Shown piece by piece: positions 10,297 through 23,500 of a DNA stretch of 64,000 nt (position 1 is its first letter; every line of letters starts with the position of its first letter). The position numbers and the translations under genes were made by a program. The notes beneath the pieces are model-generated. The model was not told where the DNA came from, ran no database searches, and saw only the letters and a program-made list of their open reading frames with translations. The stretch lies in IMG/VR virus record IMGVR_UViG_3300010412_000005, positions 12,546-76,545 of that record, one strand, 5' to 3'. This DNA is from a virus.

Positions 10297-11512
10297 GCCA
10301 ATCTACGCAGGCGACGTCAATACACTCGCTCAGCTTGATCTGCAGCGATCTATTGCACAGTCAAAAGCAACTCAGGAAGGCATTGCTGGTGCCAGTCGTG
10401 GAGTTGGAAATCTCCTCAGCCAAAAGCAGCAGGAGCAGTATGGAAAGCTCAAGGGTCGAGAGCTTGACATCCAGGAAGGTCAGCAAGAGCGAGAAGACAA
10501 GGAGCGCATGGAGCGCTACACGTTCGAGTCTGCTCAGCGTGCTGCTCAAGAAGGTTTGCTGGATGCTGACCAGCTCGAAAACATTGCCCCAAGCTTCAAA
10601 GATCCAACCCGTCAGGCAATCATAAAGGAAGAAGCAAATAGGCTTCGTGGGCTTGAAGAGACGATGGATGAGGAAGGTCCTCAGATTGCCAACAGACTGA
10701 ACCAGTTCACTGGATACGAGCAAAGAACCCTGCAGAGAGCGCGTGAAGATTTGGCGAAAGCTGAGCAGGGATGGAAAGTCCCTGGAGTCGGCTGGGGTCC
10801 TGGGTCACAGGCTAACATTGAGGATGCTCAGAACCGCGTAGCGATGGCTGAGGCTGCAATCGCAGCCAAGGAAGCTCAGATCTACGAGGCGTATCCACAG
10901 TATGCAAACAGACTTCAGCTTGGCGAAGGTGGATACACCTATCTTCCTCGAAGCGGTAAAAGAAGGGGCATGGGATCTCAGGCTGATGTTCTTCCTCCAG
11001 CTGGTGGAGCTGCACAGGGTATAATGGTTGCCCCTCAAGAGCCTGTTGTTGGTGCGGATATCCTTCCAGAGGACCAGGGTTATGCTCCTCCTACTGGTCA
11101 ACCAAGCGCAATGGCTCCTGATGTTCTTCCTGCTGCTGAATTTCCAAGGTCTGCGCGAGGAACAACTATGCCTCGGTCAGCTCCTCCGACAGGACCAGTT
11201 GCTGGCAGGGGTTCACGCAGAGCAATAGGGCCAATCCTTGGAACGCCTACAGGGCGAAATCCTCGTGGTGCGTATCGCCCATCTGCAGTTCAACAAGTCC
11301 AGCCGACGACTGAGACAGCAACAACTCCTAGCCAGGAAACGCCTAGCCAAGGACTATTACCTGCTAACATCTCAGACCGGCTCGATCAGGAGACACTTAA
11401 CGAGTTCTACTCGCGAATGGCTCAATTCCAGAGACAAGGTATGTCTTTAGATGAGGCAAGACGCCGCGCCGGTCTGTGGCTAAAGCAACAGATTGACGCG
11501 GAGGTTTTCTAA
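10280..11512 (+). CDS. probable ejection/internal virion protein
   Basis: 410 aa Q/E/A-rich with Pro-rich linker; between two other ejection-type genes. Confidence 0.55.
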   Translation: MAIAGKPIYAGDVNTLAQLDLQRSIAQSKATQEGIAGASRGVGNLLSQKQQEQYGKLKGRELDIQEGQQEREDKERMERYTFESAQRAAQEGLLDADQLENIAPSFKDPTRQAIIKEEANRLRGLEETMDEEGPQIANRLNQFTGYEQRTLQRAREDLAKAEQGWKVPGVGWGPGSQANIEDAQNRVAMAEAAIAAKEAQIYEAYPQYANRLQLGEGGYTYLPRSGKRRGMGSQADVLPPAGGAAQGIMVAPQEPVVGADILPEDQGYAPPTGQPSAMAPDVLPAAEFPRSARGTTMPRSAPPTGPVAGRGSRRAIGPILGTPTGRNPRGAYRPSAVQQVQPTTETATTPSQETPSQGLLPANISDRLDQETLNEFYSRMAQFQRQGMSLDEARRRAGLWLKQQIDAEVF

Positions 11513-14500
11513 TGCCTGAGTCATACGATCCCTTCTCTGATCTCCAAGATCCAAATGTAGCCGTATCTGAACCTCCGTTGCCTCCTGCCCCAGGCAGGCC
11601 AGCCGCGCCTCAAGAGCAGCAATTCGACAGAAAGCAATTTGTCGTTGATGTCCTTGAGGACATTGAGCGGTCGCCTGAGTATCAGGCATACAAGCGCAAC
11701 AGAAAGGAGGCAGCGCTAAAGGAGGAGCTGCGCCAACAGCGTCAAAGGACGGCAGACTTTGGCGAGTCTGTTCTTGGCAACCTCCTACACCTTAAAAGCG
11801 GTGACCTTCAGCTTGCCAAGATAGGCGCGATCTTCAGCGGTTGGGCCAACAGGAAGCTTGGAATGCCAGAGGCTGCTGCGGTAGCAGACCGCAAGGCAGA
11901 TGAATATCGACAAGAGCAAAAGGAGATTCGGTCTGCTATCGACGGTCTGAATATGGGTGCTGTTGCAAGGACAGCAGGTCAGTTCGGAGAGTCGTTCATT
12001 GTTTCTTCTCCAACGCTGGTGGTTCCAGGAACAGCTGCTACCGCTGCTGCGCGTGCTGGGTTAGGTGTGGCTGGAGCGAGCATGGTTGGGCTCGGAGCTG
12101 GCGCTGGTGTCGGCGGTGGGATCTCTGGCATCTCTGTCTATGACGATGCTCGCGATCAATACATCGCTCAGGGATTCTCAGAAGAAGAAGCCAGCGAGAT
12201 GGCCAAGTATCCAGGCTGGGTGTCTGGTATTGGAACAGCAGCTATCACTGCGTTGTTCGGACGCACTGGTGTTGAACGCAGCGCATTCCTCAAGCTTCCG
12301 AAGGACAAGGTAATTGGAGTTCTGCGTCAGGTTTTCAATCAGGCTGGACTCGAAGGTCTTGAGGAAGGTGCTGATGAAATCTACCAAAAGATCACCGGCT
12401 ACCTCACCTACCATCCTGACATGCCTGTTGAACAGGCAATATCGGAGGTTGGAGCAGCGTTTGGACTTGGTATGGCAATGGGCGGCGGCGTTGAGATCCT
12501 TGGTCAGATCGTCAACATGTCCCCTCCTGAGATCAAAGCTCTCAATGAGAGGGAGTTCCCACGTCCACAAGAAAGGCCAAAGACACGAAAGGAAGCTGAA
12601 GGCTCCCCAATTCTTCCAGCGTCTACTCCGAAGCAGGGACAGACCAAGCCTACAGTCAAATCTGTTCAGTCCAATGAAGAGGCTGCTCGCCAGCTGTGGG
12701 GAGCAATGAAGCCTGAAGAAAGGCTGAAGGTCATTGGTCCTCAAGGTGCAGCTGCTCCACTACCTCTTGAGGCAATCAACTGGGAAGATCTGACTGAGGA
12801 AGAGCAGCTCAAGGTCTACGACCAGTTCAATCTGAGCGTTGAACCAGTTGGAGGCAGGATACCCGCAACGGCTCCTGCGATGCCAACAGCTGAAGATCTT
12901 GCTGAAAACGAGAGACTAACCAAGGCCATGAGAATGTCCTTGATTGGGTCTCCTGAGCATGAAGCTGCTTGGGCAGCTAAGGAACAGCTCAAAGCCAAAT
13001 ACGGTGGGCATGATCTCACCAAGATTGGGACAGAGGTTCCAGTGGCTGAAGCTGCCGCACCAGCTGAACCAACTGCTCCTGGAGATCAAGCTTGGGCTAC
13101 GAGGCTATCTCCAAGCGACAGCTTGGCAGTCAGGAGTGCTGAACCTATTGATCCAACCACAATAACCAGCGTCACCAAAGATACGAACGACGCTGGTCAG
13201 ACTGTGTATGCGATCATATACGACAACGGAAAATACATTGGATACGATGACAATCCAGCGTGGGAGCTTCATCCGTTATTTGGAAAGAAGATAACTCCTG
13301 CAGCTCCTGCAGCTCCTGCTGAGCCTGGAGCACTGGCTAACCATGCTGATCAAGTCACCGTTCCTCAAGGCATCCCTGCTTCTGAGAATACTGCCTACAG
13401 ATCTCTTGAGACCAATCCCCAGATTACTGTCGAAGAGTTTGCTGGCATGGATAACGAGCAACGCGCCAACCATGCTCGGTCGATTGGTCTAAATGCTACA
13501 GGTCTGTCCTACGCTGTAGGTCACAATGCAACCGTTACCGAGAATGATATCCTTCTCCTCAAGACTGCATACGATCAGGCTCGCGCAAGAGGCCAACAGC
13601 TTGCTGATGAATCTTCGAAGAGGACGCTGACAGACGCTGAGCTGAACGAGTTGTCTCAGCTTGGTCAGGTTGAGAACGCGATGGCTGAGGCCATTGGTGC
13701 TGCCACTGATACAGGCAGCGCTGGGTTCACACTGCGCAAGCTGCCGAATTACAGGCCGAACTTCAGGGGTCTGATCAATGAGCCGAAGAGGCAGTCAAAC
13801 CAGCCAGAGGTTAAGGCAGCCAAGAACCGGGCAGTCACTGAGGTAACTGCACAGACATCCGATATCCCCACCACTCTTGCCACAAACCTCCCAGACGACC
13901 AGGAGCAGCTCGCTCGCGAGCAGGTGTTCAAAGGACTGAAGCCTGCCGAGTTCAGCCCAGCCCAGGCAAAGATCTACAAGGGCAGAGACAGGGCTAATTA
14001 CGACAAGCGCGTGCTTGAGCTTAGGGCTCTTGCCTTCATCGCACCTACCCTGGCGCGTGGTGAGACTCTTGTGTTCCCTGACACCGCTACGCTTGGGAAG
14101 ATCAAGAAGAACCATCCTGGCATATACAGACTCTTACAGGATGAGATTTCTAGGCTTACGACTCCTCCAAGGGCAGACACTCCGTCCCAGGAGGCGGCTG
14201 CATCGACTCCCACTCAAGACCTTCCGAAGAACGAGGATCAGTCTAACCCTCTCAGCTTGAAGGAGATGAGCAAGTCTGCTGTTGAGCATTTCATCTCAAC
14301 GCTCAACCTTCTGAAGCAGGCTGCAGAGTCAAAGGTCAGATCAGCTAAGCACGTCAAGAAGCAGAAGAGCGTCCTGGCGAAGCAAGGGAAGACCTTGAAG
14401 GAGTTCAAAAAGGTCCAAGCCCTGCACGCTGAAGCACTCCAAGAGGTATCCAGAATCGAAAAGCGGGTTGCCGGTTTGAGGAGCCAGCTCGCAGAAGCCG

Positions 14501-17500
14501 CCGCTGTTGCGCCTACGGCTGAGAATGCGCGGTCTATCCTGACCACCCTGGTGTCCAGGACCCAAAACAAGTTACGGCTCGCCAGAATCAATTCTCAGCG
14601 TTTGCAGGAGCAGCACGATTCCCTGATCGCTCAGGCTCAGGCAGCACTTGATGCAGTCCCAGTCGGTCCAGCAAGCCCAACCACCCTGGCTAAGATCGCT
14701 GATCTCAGGGCAAGAGCTGAGACTCTTGGCAAAAAGAAGATGGCTCAGGTCAAGACCGTTGAGAGCCTTCAGGCAGAGATCAAGGAATACCAGCGCCAGA
14801 TCGAGGACATCAAGAGGATGCCCAAGGATGCGCCCATTGATCGCGAAGCTATCAGATCTCAGATCAAAGACCTTGAGGCTCGACGTCAACGTGTATCAGA
14901 AAAAATTCCAGGCAGGGCTGAGGCGATGGATACCCTGCGTAAAAGGTTGGTAGACTTGGAGTTGCAGTATCGCAAGGCGTTCTTGGAAGAGGTAGATGAG
15001 CGATCTGGTGGCAAAGTCTCCGAGTTCATGCAGAAGCGAGAGGCTGCTGGTGCTGAATACAGAGGAACATCATGGGCCATTGCAAACATCAGGGCCGCAT
15101 TGGCGACATACGGATACCAGTTCGATGTCCAGCCATACGTGAGGAAGTTCGTAGAAAGGGAAGTCACTGATCCTGTCACTGGTCAAAAGGCAGTCATTAA
15201 GGAATACACCAGACGTATCGGTGGGACAGTAGGGGCGGTAATTGCTCAGAGACTAAGGGCTGGCGATGTTGAGGTTGCGGAACAGTTTGAGGCTAATGAC
15301 TTTCTGACTATCAGACCAGTTCCAAACTTCTTCGTAAGAGAAGGTGAGGAGATCAACTGGCCAGAAGCCGCCAAGTCTTTCCTGACGCTGATCGAGAAAC
15401 CAACAGAAGCCCAGAAGAAATCTGCTGAAGGCGTTACGAGTTCAGACTCATTCGTTGCGTGGTTTAAGGAGAACATCGTTCCAGCCGTCATGGGGATTCA
15501 GGAGCGTTTGTCGAAGGCTGAAGCTGCTTTGACTGAACTGCAAAACAGCGTGTCTGACTTCGGGCTGACCAAGCAGTCGACGTGGTCCTATGATGCGAAG
15601 TCGAACGAATTCAAGTGGGGCATTGACTCGTTCCTGGCACCAGATCCGAACTACGTGGTCTGGATGTCTGAGATCAACTCACGAAGCCCTCTCGGTTCTG
15701 ACCCTTCCAGCACCGTTGTAATCCCTCCTGGAGCAGGGCAGAGCTTGCCGCTTGAGCCAGACTTCGAAGGTGAACAGGTCAAGATTCCGCATGTTCACCC
15801 TGGAGATCGCCCTCAAACCAAAGAGGGTATGTTCAACCCTGGCAAAGGAGACGTCACGTGGCAGATCGCATACTACACCCAGGATGATGATGGCAGGATG
15901 GGTGACACGATTGTGGTCTTGCAGCGCAGCCATCATAGGGTGTTTCACATCGTCACGATTAAGGATGGTGTTGTCGTTGAAGATGTTAGGGCTCCTCAAG
16001 ACAAGACAACTGGACGGACAAACTACAAGACAGCTGTCCAGGCTGCTCAGTCAAAACTCAAGGGTAAGATTCAGTCTGCGTTCTGGACAGCTGAGCGAGG
16101 TTTCCAGATCCCAACTGTCTACAGCCTGTCTCCTCTCACTGATGGAACAGTTCCTTCAAACGTGAGTGGGCAGGGAAGCGTTCTTTGGACTCCTGCCGTA
16201 GAGCTGGACAGTATCGAGGATGCTCTCTATCGAGCTGCTGCAGCTGGTGAACTCCGACCAGGGATGAGCAAGGATGCCATCTCTAAGGCAGTAACCAAGG
16301 CTGTTGCTGGCATAAGCCCTTGGCACTATAGCGCTTACAAAAAGAGCTTCCAGGCTCAGCGCTATTGGAGATCTCAAGCCGAGAACATCATTCGCAACGC
16401 TACACAAGACGCGATCATGGCGACACAGATCGCCAGTTCTGGTCGAAAGCCAAACACTGAAGTTCTCGCACGGGCATTTGGAATCGCAAACCCAACATTC
16501 ACGCCGAAGAAGATGCCTAAGCTTGAACTGGCTCAAGCTGAATACATCAGAAGGGCTCTGAGTGTTCCACGTGGAACAACGGACTTCCAGGAGACAGTCG
16601 AAGTTGAATCGACGTTTGAAGTCAAATACCCGCGCACGACGCAAACCAGAGAGAACGGTTCTCGCGTTGTGTCAATCGAGCTGGATCATCCGACAGCACC
16701 AGCCGTTTTGGGGACTCCGTATTTCAGAAGGACTACGCCGCTGGTAGCCAAGCAGGAAGACTCAATCATCATTACCAAAGATGGCAGAGCATACGGATGG
16801 TTCGTGTTTACTGAAGCCACCACAGCTGCTGAGAAGAACAACATCTTCGCAACAATCGACGGAAATCCATCTGCCACTGCATACACTGAGACAGTCACTA
16901 AGCGTGCACCGCGCATGAAAATGGACCCCGCTGACAGGGTGGAGCACGCTGAGGATTATCTGCAATCTCGTGTTGTTCAACGACTTGAGCAGCCAACGAA
17001 CAATCCTACCACCCAGCAGCTTGCAGCTGAAGCCGCAGCTACGGTCGACAAGCTTAGAGAAACGAAGACTGGCAGAGATATTCTGCAGAACTTCCTTGAG
17101 GATGCGCGTGATGTCCGACTTGGCAGAAGCCGGTTCGTCAACAACATGCTGCGGCTCTTCAACACTGCTTCATTCAGTGAGCAATACGCCGTTCAGGTTG
17201 ATGACAGCACAGTCGAGCGATACGTGGATGTCTCCATTCCAAACGTGATGGAGAAGACCAGGGTTCTGGTCGAAGCAAACACCACCAACGAAGAGGCGTA
17301 TGCTGCTGCTGTTTCCCAGTTGGTAGACCAGATGTCGATGGCTGTGTCTCCACAGATGCTCAGGATATTCGGAGTCAGTGGAGCTACCTACAGCGAGATG
17401 TCCTACGAGCCAAACCTGGACGGCTACGTCAGGCTCAAGAAGGGCATGGAGGCTCCTGAGAACCGCGTTCGAATCAAGGAGCTGAACGACATTGCTGACC

Positions 17501-20500
17501 TGGGCAAGAACCACCCAAGCTACAAGCTGGTCAAGGGCAGGTTCACGATGGGTGTTGGGTATGAGCGCATGGCTGAATTGCTTGCGGAGGTTGGGCTTAA
17601 CCCAAGCCTGCTGACAAAGCCGAAGCCGGGTCAGAACGTGCAGCTTGAGTTCGTTGGGGACGATGGCGTGACCAAGATCATGCACACCATCGCGACTCCG
17701 AAGACCAATGAGCGTGTGCTGCGTAGGAAGACGAAGGCTGGCAAGGTTGTCGAGACGAAGATTCCGTTCGAGTCTGTGGTGGTTGGAAAAATGTTCGACT
17801 ACTACGTCGAACGCATCCAGCAGATCTACAAGCGCATCCAGGATCATCAGGTAGCCAGGGCAAACATGAAGGCTCTGGTTGCAAGAAGGCTGTTCGCTGA
17901 GGCTTTCAGGCTTCCAATCATCGAAGGTCCGTTTAAGGGTGTTCTCCTTCAGGCCAAGAACCAGCAGAGGAATCCAAGACATCAGATGCTTGGGCGAGCC
18001 AAGGCTGTCATCGGGGCAGAGCAGGCTGCTGCTGGAAAGAAAGCTGAGGAGGAATACCTGCCTGAAATTGATACGAGCGGCTTCTACGAGTATCGACTCG
18101 TCAGCAATAAGATCTGGACGAAGGCCAAGTTCGAGACCGACGAAAACGTCAAGTTCCAGGCGTCATTCATTCCGCTCGGAACTGTTTTGCTTCAGGTTGA
18201 AAGCGAAGGCGAGTTCCACAATCGTCAGACAGTCAGCACCAACGCAATGGAGGCTGAGGAGGTTGAGCTTGAGCGAAAGAAAGGCGAGACTGACGAGGAA
18301 TATGAAGAGCGAGTTGAGATGGCAAAGCTCAAGTCTCGCTTTGATGTTAAGGCTGTAGAAGCTTTCTTGGCTGTAGAGAAACAGCCTAAGACAGGACGAC
18401 ACTTTGCACGCATAGTCATTCGCGGTGGAACTAAAGCAAAGCCTGAATGGGAAACTATCTACCGCGTAGACCTTCAGAAGCTTCAGAATAGCGGACTTGC
18501 AAAACCATTTACCAAAGAAGAAACCAAGAGTGGGAAGACTGATGGCTGGTATATCAACAGGCATGCAGTCAACAACTCTGCATGGTGGGAAGTCGCTAAG
18601 CCTGATAGGCGTGACTATCTGAGTCCTGAAGACTTTGCAAACTACTATCCACACAAGCTCGGGCTTCTTCCTGGAGATGTGCTTGCACAGGCTCGGTGGG
18701 TTTCGATGGTGTCTGAAGGAAGTGATGCAGAGAGAATCATCAATGAGCGCGTCAGTGGATTGAGCAGCACATCGGTAGGGACGTTCAATCAGAAGATCAC
18801 TGAAGCTGCACCAGATACATTCTCTGCTACCCGTTTCAACATGGAAGATGTTGAGGGTGGAAACTTGATGGATTGGCTTGAGGAGAATCTAAGCAAGTCA
18901 GCCAAAGGTATAGAGATCCTCAAGCGTATTCACTCCATTGACCCTCTTGCTGAGTTGACACCTGAAGGTAGAGATCCTTGGCAAATCGTCAGGGATGAGA
19001 TCCTTGTCATAAACGGAATTCCTATTGGCAAGGATGCTACTAAGACTCAGGAACAGCTTGCTCTTGCTGACAAGATTGAGAAATCTCTGAATCGGGTTCA
19101 TGAGTCTCGCGTGTCTGGTGGTGTTCAATTCCGTGGCGGTGGTCGCAGGACACGCATAAGCGATGTCAATCCAGACGTCATCAACAAGCCTGCTATAGGC
19201 AAGGCTGCAATTCGCGAGCTGATCAACACTGAGAACAACGGATTAAGCCCAAGAGCGAAGCGGCTTGCCAACCTGATGCTCGATGTGCTTCCTGATACGA
19301 TCCTTGAAGATCTTACGTTTGTGATCACTCCTGGATACGAGATCGGCAACGACGCGACAGTCGAATACACCGGGTCATTTAGCCATGCTTGGAGAATCGC
19401 AAGGTTCGTCAGCACATCTGGAAGTGTTCACACAGCTGCTGAGGAACTCGCGCATGCTGCTGCCATGTTCCTTCCTGCTGAGCACAAGGGAGCCGTTGAG
19501 GAATATCGGCAAATTGAGATACGTCAGGCTCTTGAGAACCCAACCACTCCTGAGATCGTAAAGACTTTCCTGAAGGACATGGAGGCTAACGGTGGTGCGT
19601 TCACCAGTGAAGACTTCATGCACCGCAGGGGTAATCAATACCTGCTGCCTTACTACCACCTGATCAACACAGATGAGTTCTTTGCCCATAACATGGTTGC
19701 TGCCACTGATCGTAAAGGCAGGACAAACCTGCAGAAGGCAGTTGATAAAGCAAAGAGCATCATCTCTGGGTTCCTGAAGGGAATCAAAAAGGCGATGCGC
19801 ATGATGAACGCGCAGCGCGATTCTTACTTCGACGAACTGATCGCCAAGTTCGAAGCCGGTGACTTTGAGGTTACAGCCAACGGTGGGTTCTTGCATGAGA
19901 TCAATAAGGACGTAGACATGGGCGCTGTTGCCGTCGCGTGGACTGCTGGTCAGGTCAAGCGCCAAGCAGAGACTATCCCAGTTTCTACTGCGGGTGGTCC
20001 TGCTTTGGCGTTTACCAAGGCGCAGCGAGGGACTGTAATCGCGGCTGGAAATGTAGAACCATATACCATCCTTTCCGCCCTTACTGCCAAAAGAGAGGCA
20101 CAAGGAAGAAAGCTCAGCGCAAAGGCAAAGCAGATCTGTCTGATCGACAACTTCCAAGAAGTGATCGAAACCGTCCGTAATGTGTTCAAGGTTCCGATTG
20201 GACAGTTCAAAGACACGATCACCAATCTTCCAGCTGTATGGCTGAAGGAACAAACAATCTTAGCTGCAAGCTCGTCCGTGAACTTCATACGCGAGCGAAT
20301 GAACAAGGTTAAGAAAGCCAGGGATACATGGATGGCTAAGCTAACGTCTCCTAAGTTCATTCAGGACATGAGGAAGTTTGCTAAGCTGAAGATCGAGGTT
20401 CTTGGCCAAGAGGCAATCGCTGCAAGACTCGAAGAGCGCATTAAATCTCATCTTGCTTTGCTGCGTGCGCGTCTTGCAGATCCGAATCTTGATCCCAACA

Positions 20501-23500
20501 GCCCATTGGCAGCCAATGCAGCTCGCGAAATAGATCTTTATGAATCATATATGACCTACTCTATGGGCATCGCCCAGAAGGTAGAGCAGATGATCACAGC
20601 ATTGTCGCTGACTGAGCAGGGCAACGAGCTGCTGCAGAATCCTTGGGGAAATCTTGATCCTCGCGCAGTAACGAAAGCATATAAAGACACTGCTCCTCCT
20701 CCAGAACAGCTTCAGGTTGGCAATGCAATCATAGAGGCAGCTGCATACTTCATAGCAACTGAACCAGCTATAAGGCAGTTGATGGCAGCTGCTGTGTATC
20801 AGGCTGACCCTGAAGTAGCAAACTTGACTGATCAGTTGACGATGGACATGACCAACATGATGGACGAGTTGGTCAAAGCTCCAGCTGGGTTACGTGCAGT
20901 CGGCAAGGGCGACGACTTGGTTAACAAGTTCATGCGTCTGATCAGAGCCACGCAGAAGTCGACTGCTGCCGAGACGAAGGCAAAGACTGTTATGCGAGCG
21001 CAGCAGATTAAGCTTCGTAAAGTGATCAACAGGGCTCAGATGCTTGATGAAGCATACGAGTTCTACCAGGAGCTGATGGCAGATCCTGATTGGATCGCAT
21101 ACGAAGGTGAGATTGCCGATCTTGCTGGTGCTCTTCACATTCCAGAGAACTGGAAACATGTCGGTAGCGATCCTGTGTCAGGCATTGTGAAGATGCCGCT
21201 TCCGATGACTGCTCCGAAGGTAACGACCAGTGGAACTGAGAACGCATACCATGTTGTAAAACTGCACGACAACTTGGCCAGATGGGAGGCTGAGCGCGTA
21301 AAGGTTCAGGAGTCCATTGATCAGATGACTCAGTGGCTAGTAAACAATGGCAACGATGAAACTCTTGATGCCAAGTATTTCAAGTCGATGATTAAGTATG
21401 GGCAGATGCTGCTCGACTCATCCTTGGTAAACGACATACAAGGCAATCACCAGGGTGGGTTCAACTTCATCAACGCGATCTTCAATAAGTGGACCGCAAT
21501 GTGGGAAGGTATTGCTCGTTCGGCTCCAGTGCGTGCAATTCAGAATTCGCGTATTGCTGTCAGAGCGTGGAGCGATTCGATGTTGCTCATGAACAAGTGG
21601 TATCAGAAGTGGGGTGATCGGATTGCAACACTTCTGCATAAAGCCACAGACTCTCACAGCGACATCGTTGATATCAGTGACAGAAACAAGTCTGTCTACG
21701 ACTGGTTCAATGAGGTAGGCAGAGAATTGTTCCACCTTGCCAACGAGGGATACGATCCGAAAGCAGGAGATACTCTTCCTGATGCTCAAATAGAGATCAC
21801 GCAGGACGATATCAACTGCCTAAAGGAAATGGTTACTGCAGCAGACGAGGCATACGAGATTGATGTCACGCGAGGGCGAGAAGTAATTCCTTCAAGGACC
21901 GTAACTGACGAGTTCATTCCTGGAATGCCGTATCAACGTCGTGCTATGAAGCTTGTTCAATACATGCTTCCACGCACGTTCAACAAAGCTGCAATGGACT
22001 TTACTAAGAAGTGGCTCATTGAGCATGCTGGTTACGACGCTGATCGTAATAACTACAGTTTCAGGGATATGGCTGGAGCTACTGAGCTTCTCGATCAGCA
22101 CTGGTATCTGTTGAAGGCGTTCCTCAGCGACAGAGACCTTGGTTTCACTGACAAGAAGAGCCCACTGGAAGTAGGTGCATACCCGGCATTGCTTGAAAAG
22201 ATCAGAAATGAAGAGATAACCAACGTAGAAGACTTCCTGGCTGCGCTCGATACGTTCAGCATCACTGAAGAAAACTTCGATGCACGACAGCAGTTCTGGA
22301 AGGACTTCTTCCATCTGCAGAAGGGAATCTACAATAAGGCTGTTACTGACAAATCGTCAGAGACGGATTCACAGCGTAAAGGGGTTTACATTCCATTCGA
22401 GCAGGAGAACTCATTCACGCGTGGTCGCGGTCAAAGGATCGCGCCGTATGCATGGTATAATCACGGATTCCACAGCACGGCACAGACAATGTCGTTCATG
22501 CTGAATGGATCTTCCCACTATCTGAACTGGGTAAGCAGATCAGTAGAGGACTCTATCCTTGTATTGAAGGACATGCAGGACGATTACCAGAAACGCATTG
22601 ATGCGTTGGAAGGAAAGAGAGAGCCGAGTAAGGAGACAAGGAAGCGTAGGCTGATTGAGGAAACCAAAGCGAATCGTCAGGCGATGCGCCTGAACGAGGA
22701 GCGAATTAAGCTTGAGGATATCGACAGCACTATCAAAGCGCTAAGAGACTTCAGAACTGAACTTCAGAAGGTATTCGCCTCTGAAGGTAAGCTGCTTGAA
22801 GAAGAGACGCTGCAGTGGAACAGGTTCTTTGGCCTGTATATGGGTGGTGCTATCTCAAGCTTCCGCACTGGCATTCAGAACATGCTGCAGTCAGCAATCG
22901 GTTACTCGTCTTGGAGGTTGCAGCGTCTGCGTGGTGGAATCTTCAGTGTGTGGCCACAGCATGCGTTTAGGCTGACCTGGGATCTTGCACAGATGGCACC
23001 ATACTCAGCTATCCGTGCAATCTACGATGCTGCTCCATTCATTGGGAAGGTGCATTACATCAAAGCTCTCAAGGAAATGGGCATGCTGTTCAGCGTGTCG
23101 AACTATCAGAAGTATGGTCTGGCTAACATCCCTCGTCAGGTAACGCTCACGTTGAATGAGTTGTTCTCTGACATGGTTCAAGACCTTGCTGATGGAGCGT
23201 GGAAGCGAGGAAGGATTTACAGAGAACTCGCAGAGCGCGGACTTAACAACCCGTTCAACACGCGCTACCACCTTGAGTCGGTTGCGGAGTCGTTCACAAG
23301 CCTTGGAAGGATTACATACAAGGAGACTGACAAGCCTGTTGCTGCAGAAGGTCCTGTTGATTGGGTGTGGAAACAGATGTGGAACGTGCTCAAGACTACC
23401 GGCAAGGGTATGCTTGGAGCTGTTGATATCGGCATGGCGCTTACGATAAGGCCATTCCTTCCTCGCGCTGGTGACATGATGGCTAATCAGGTTGCAGCTG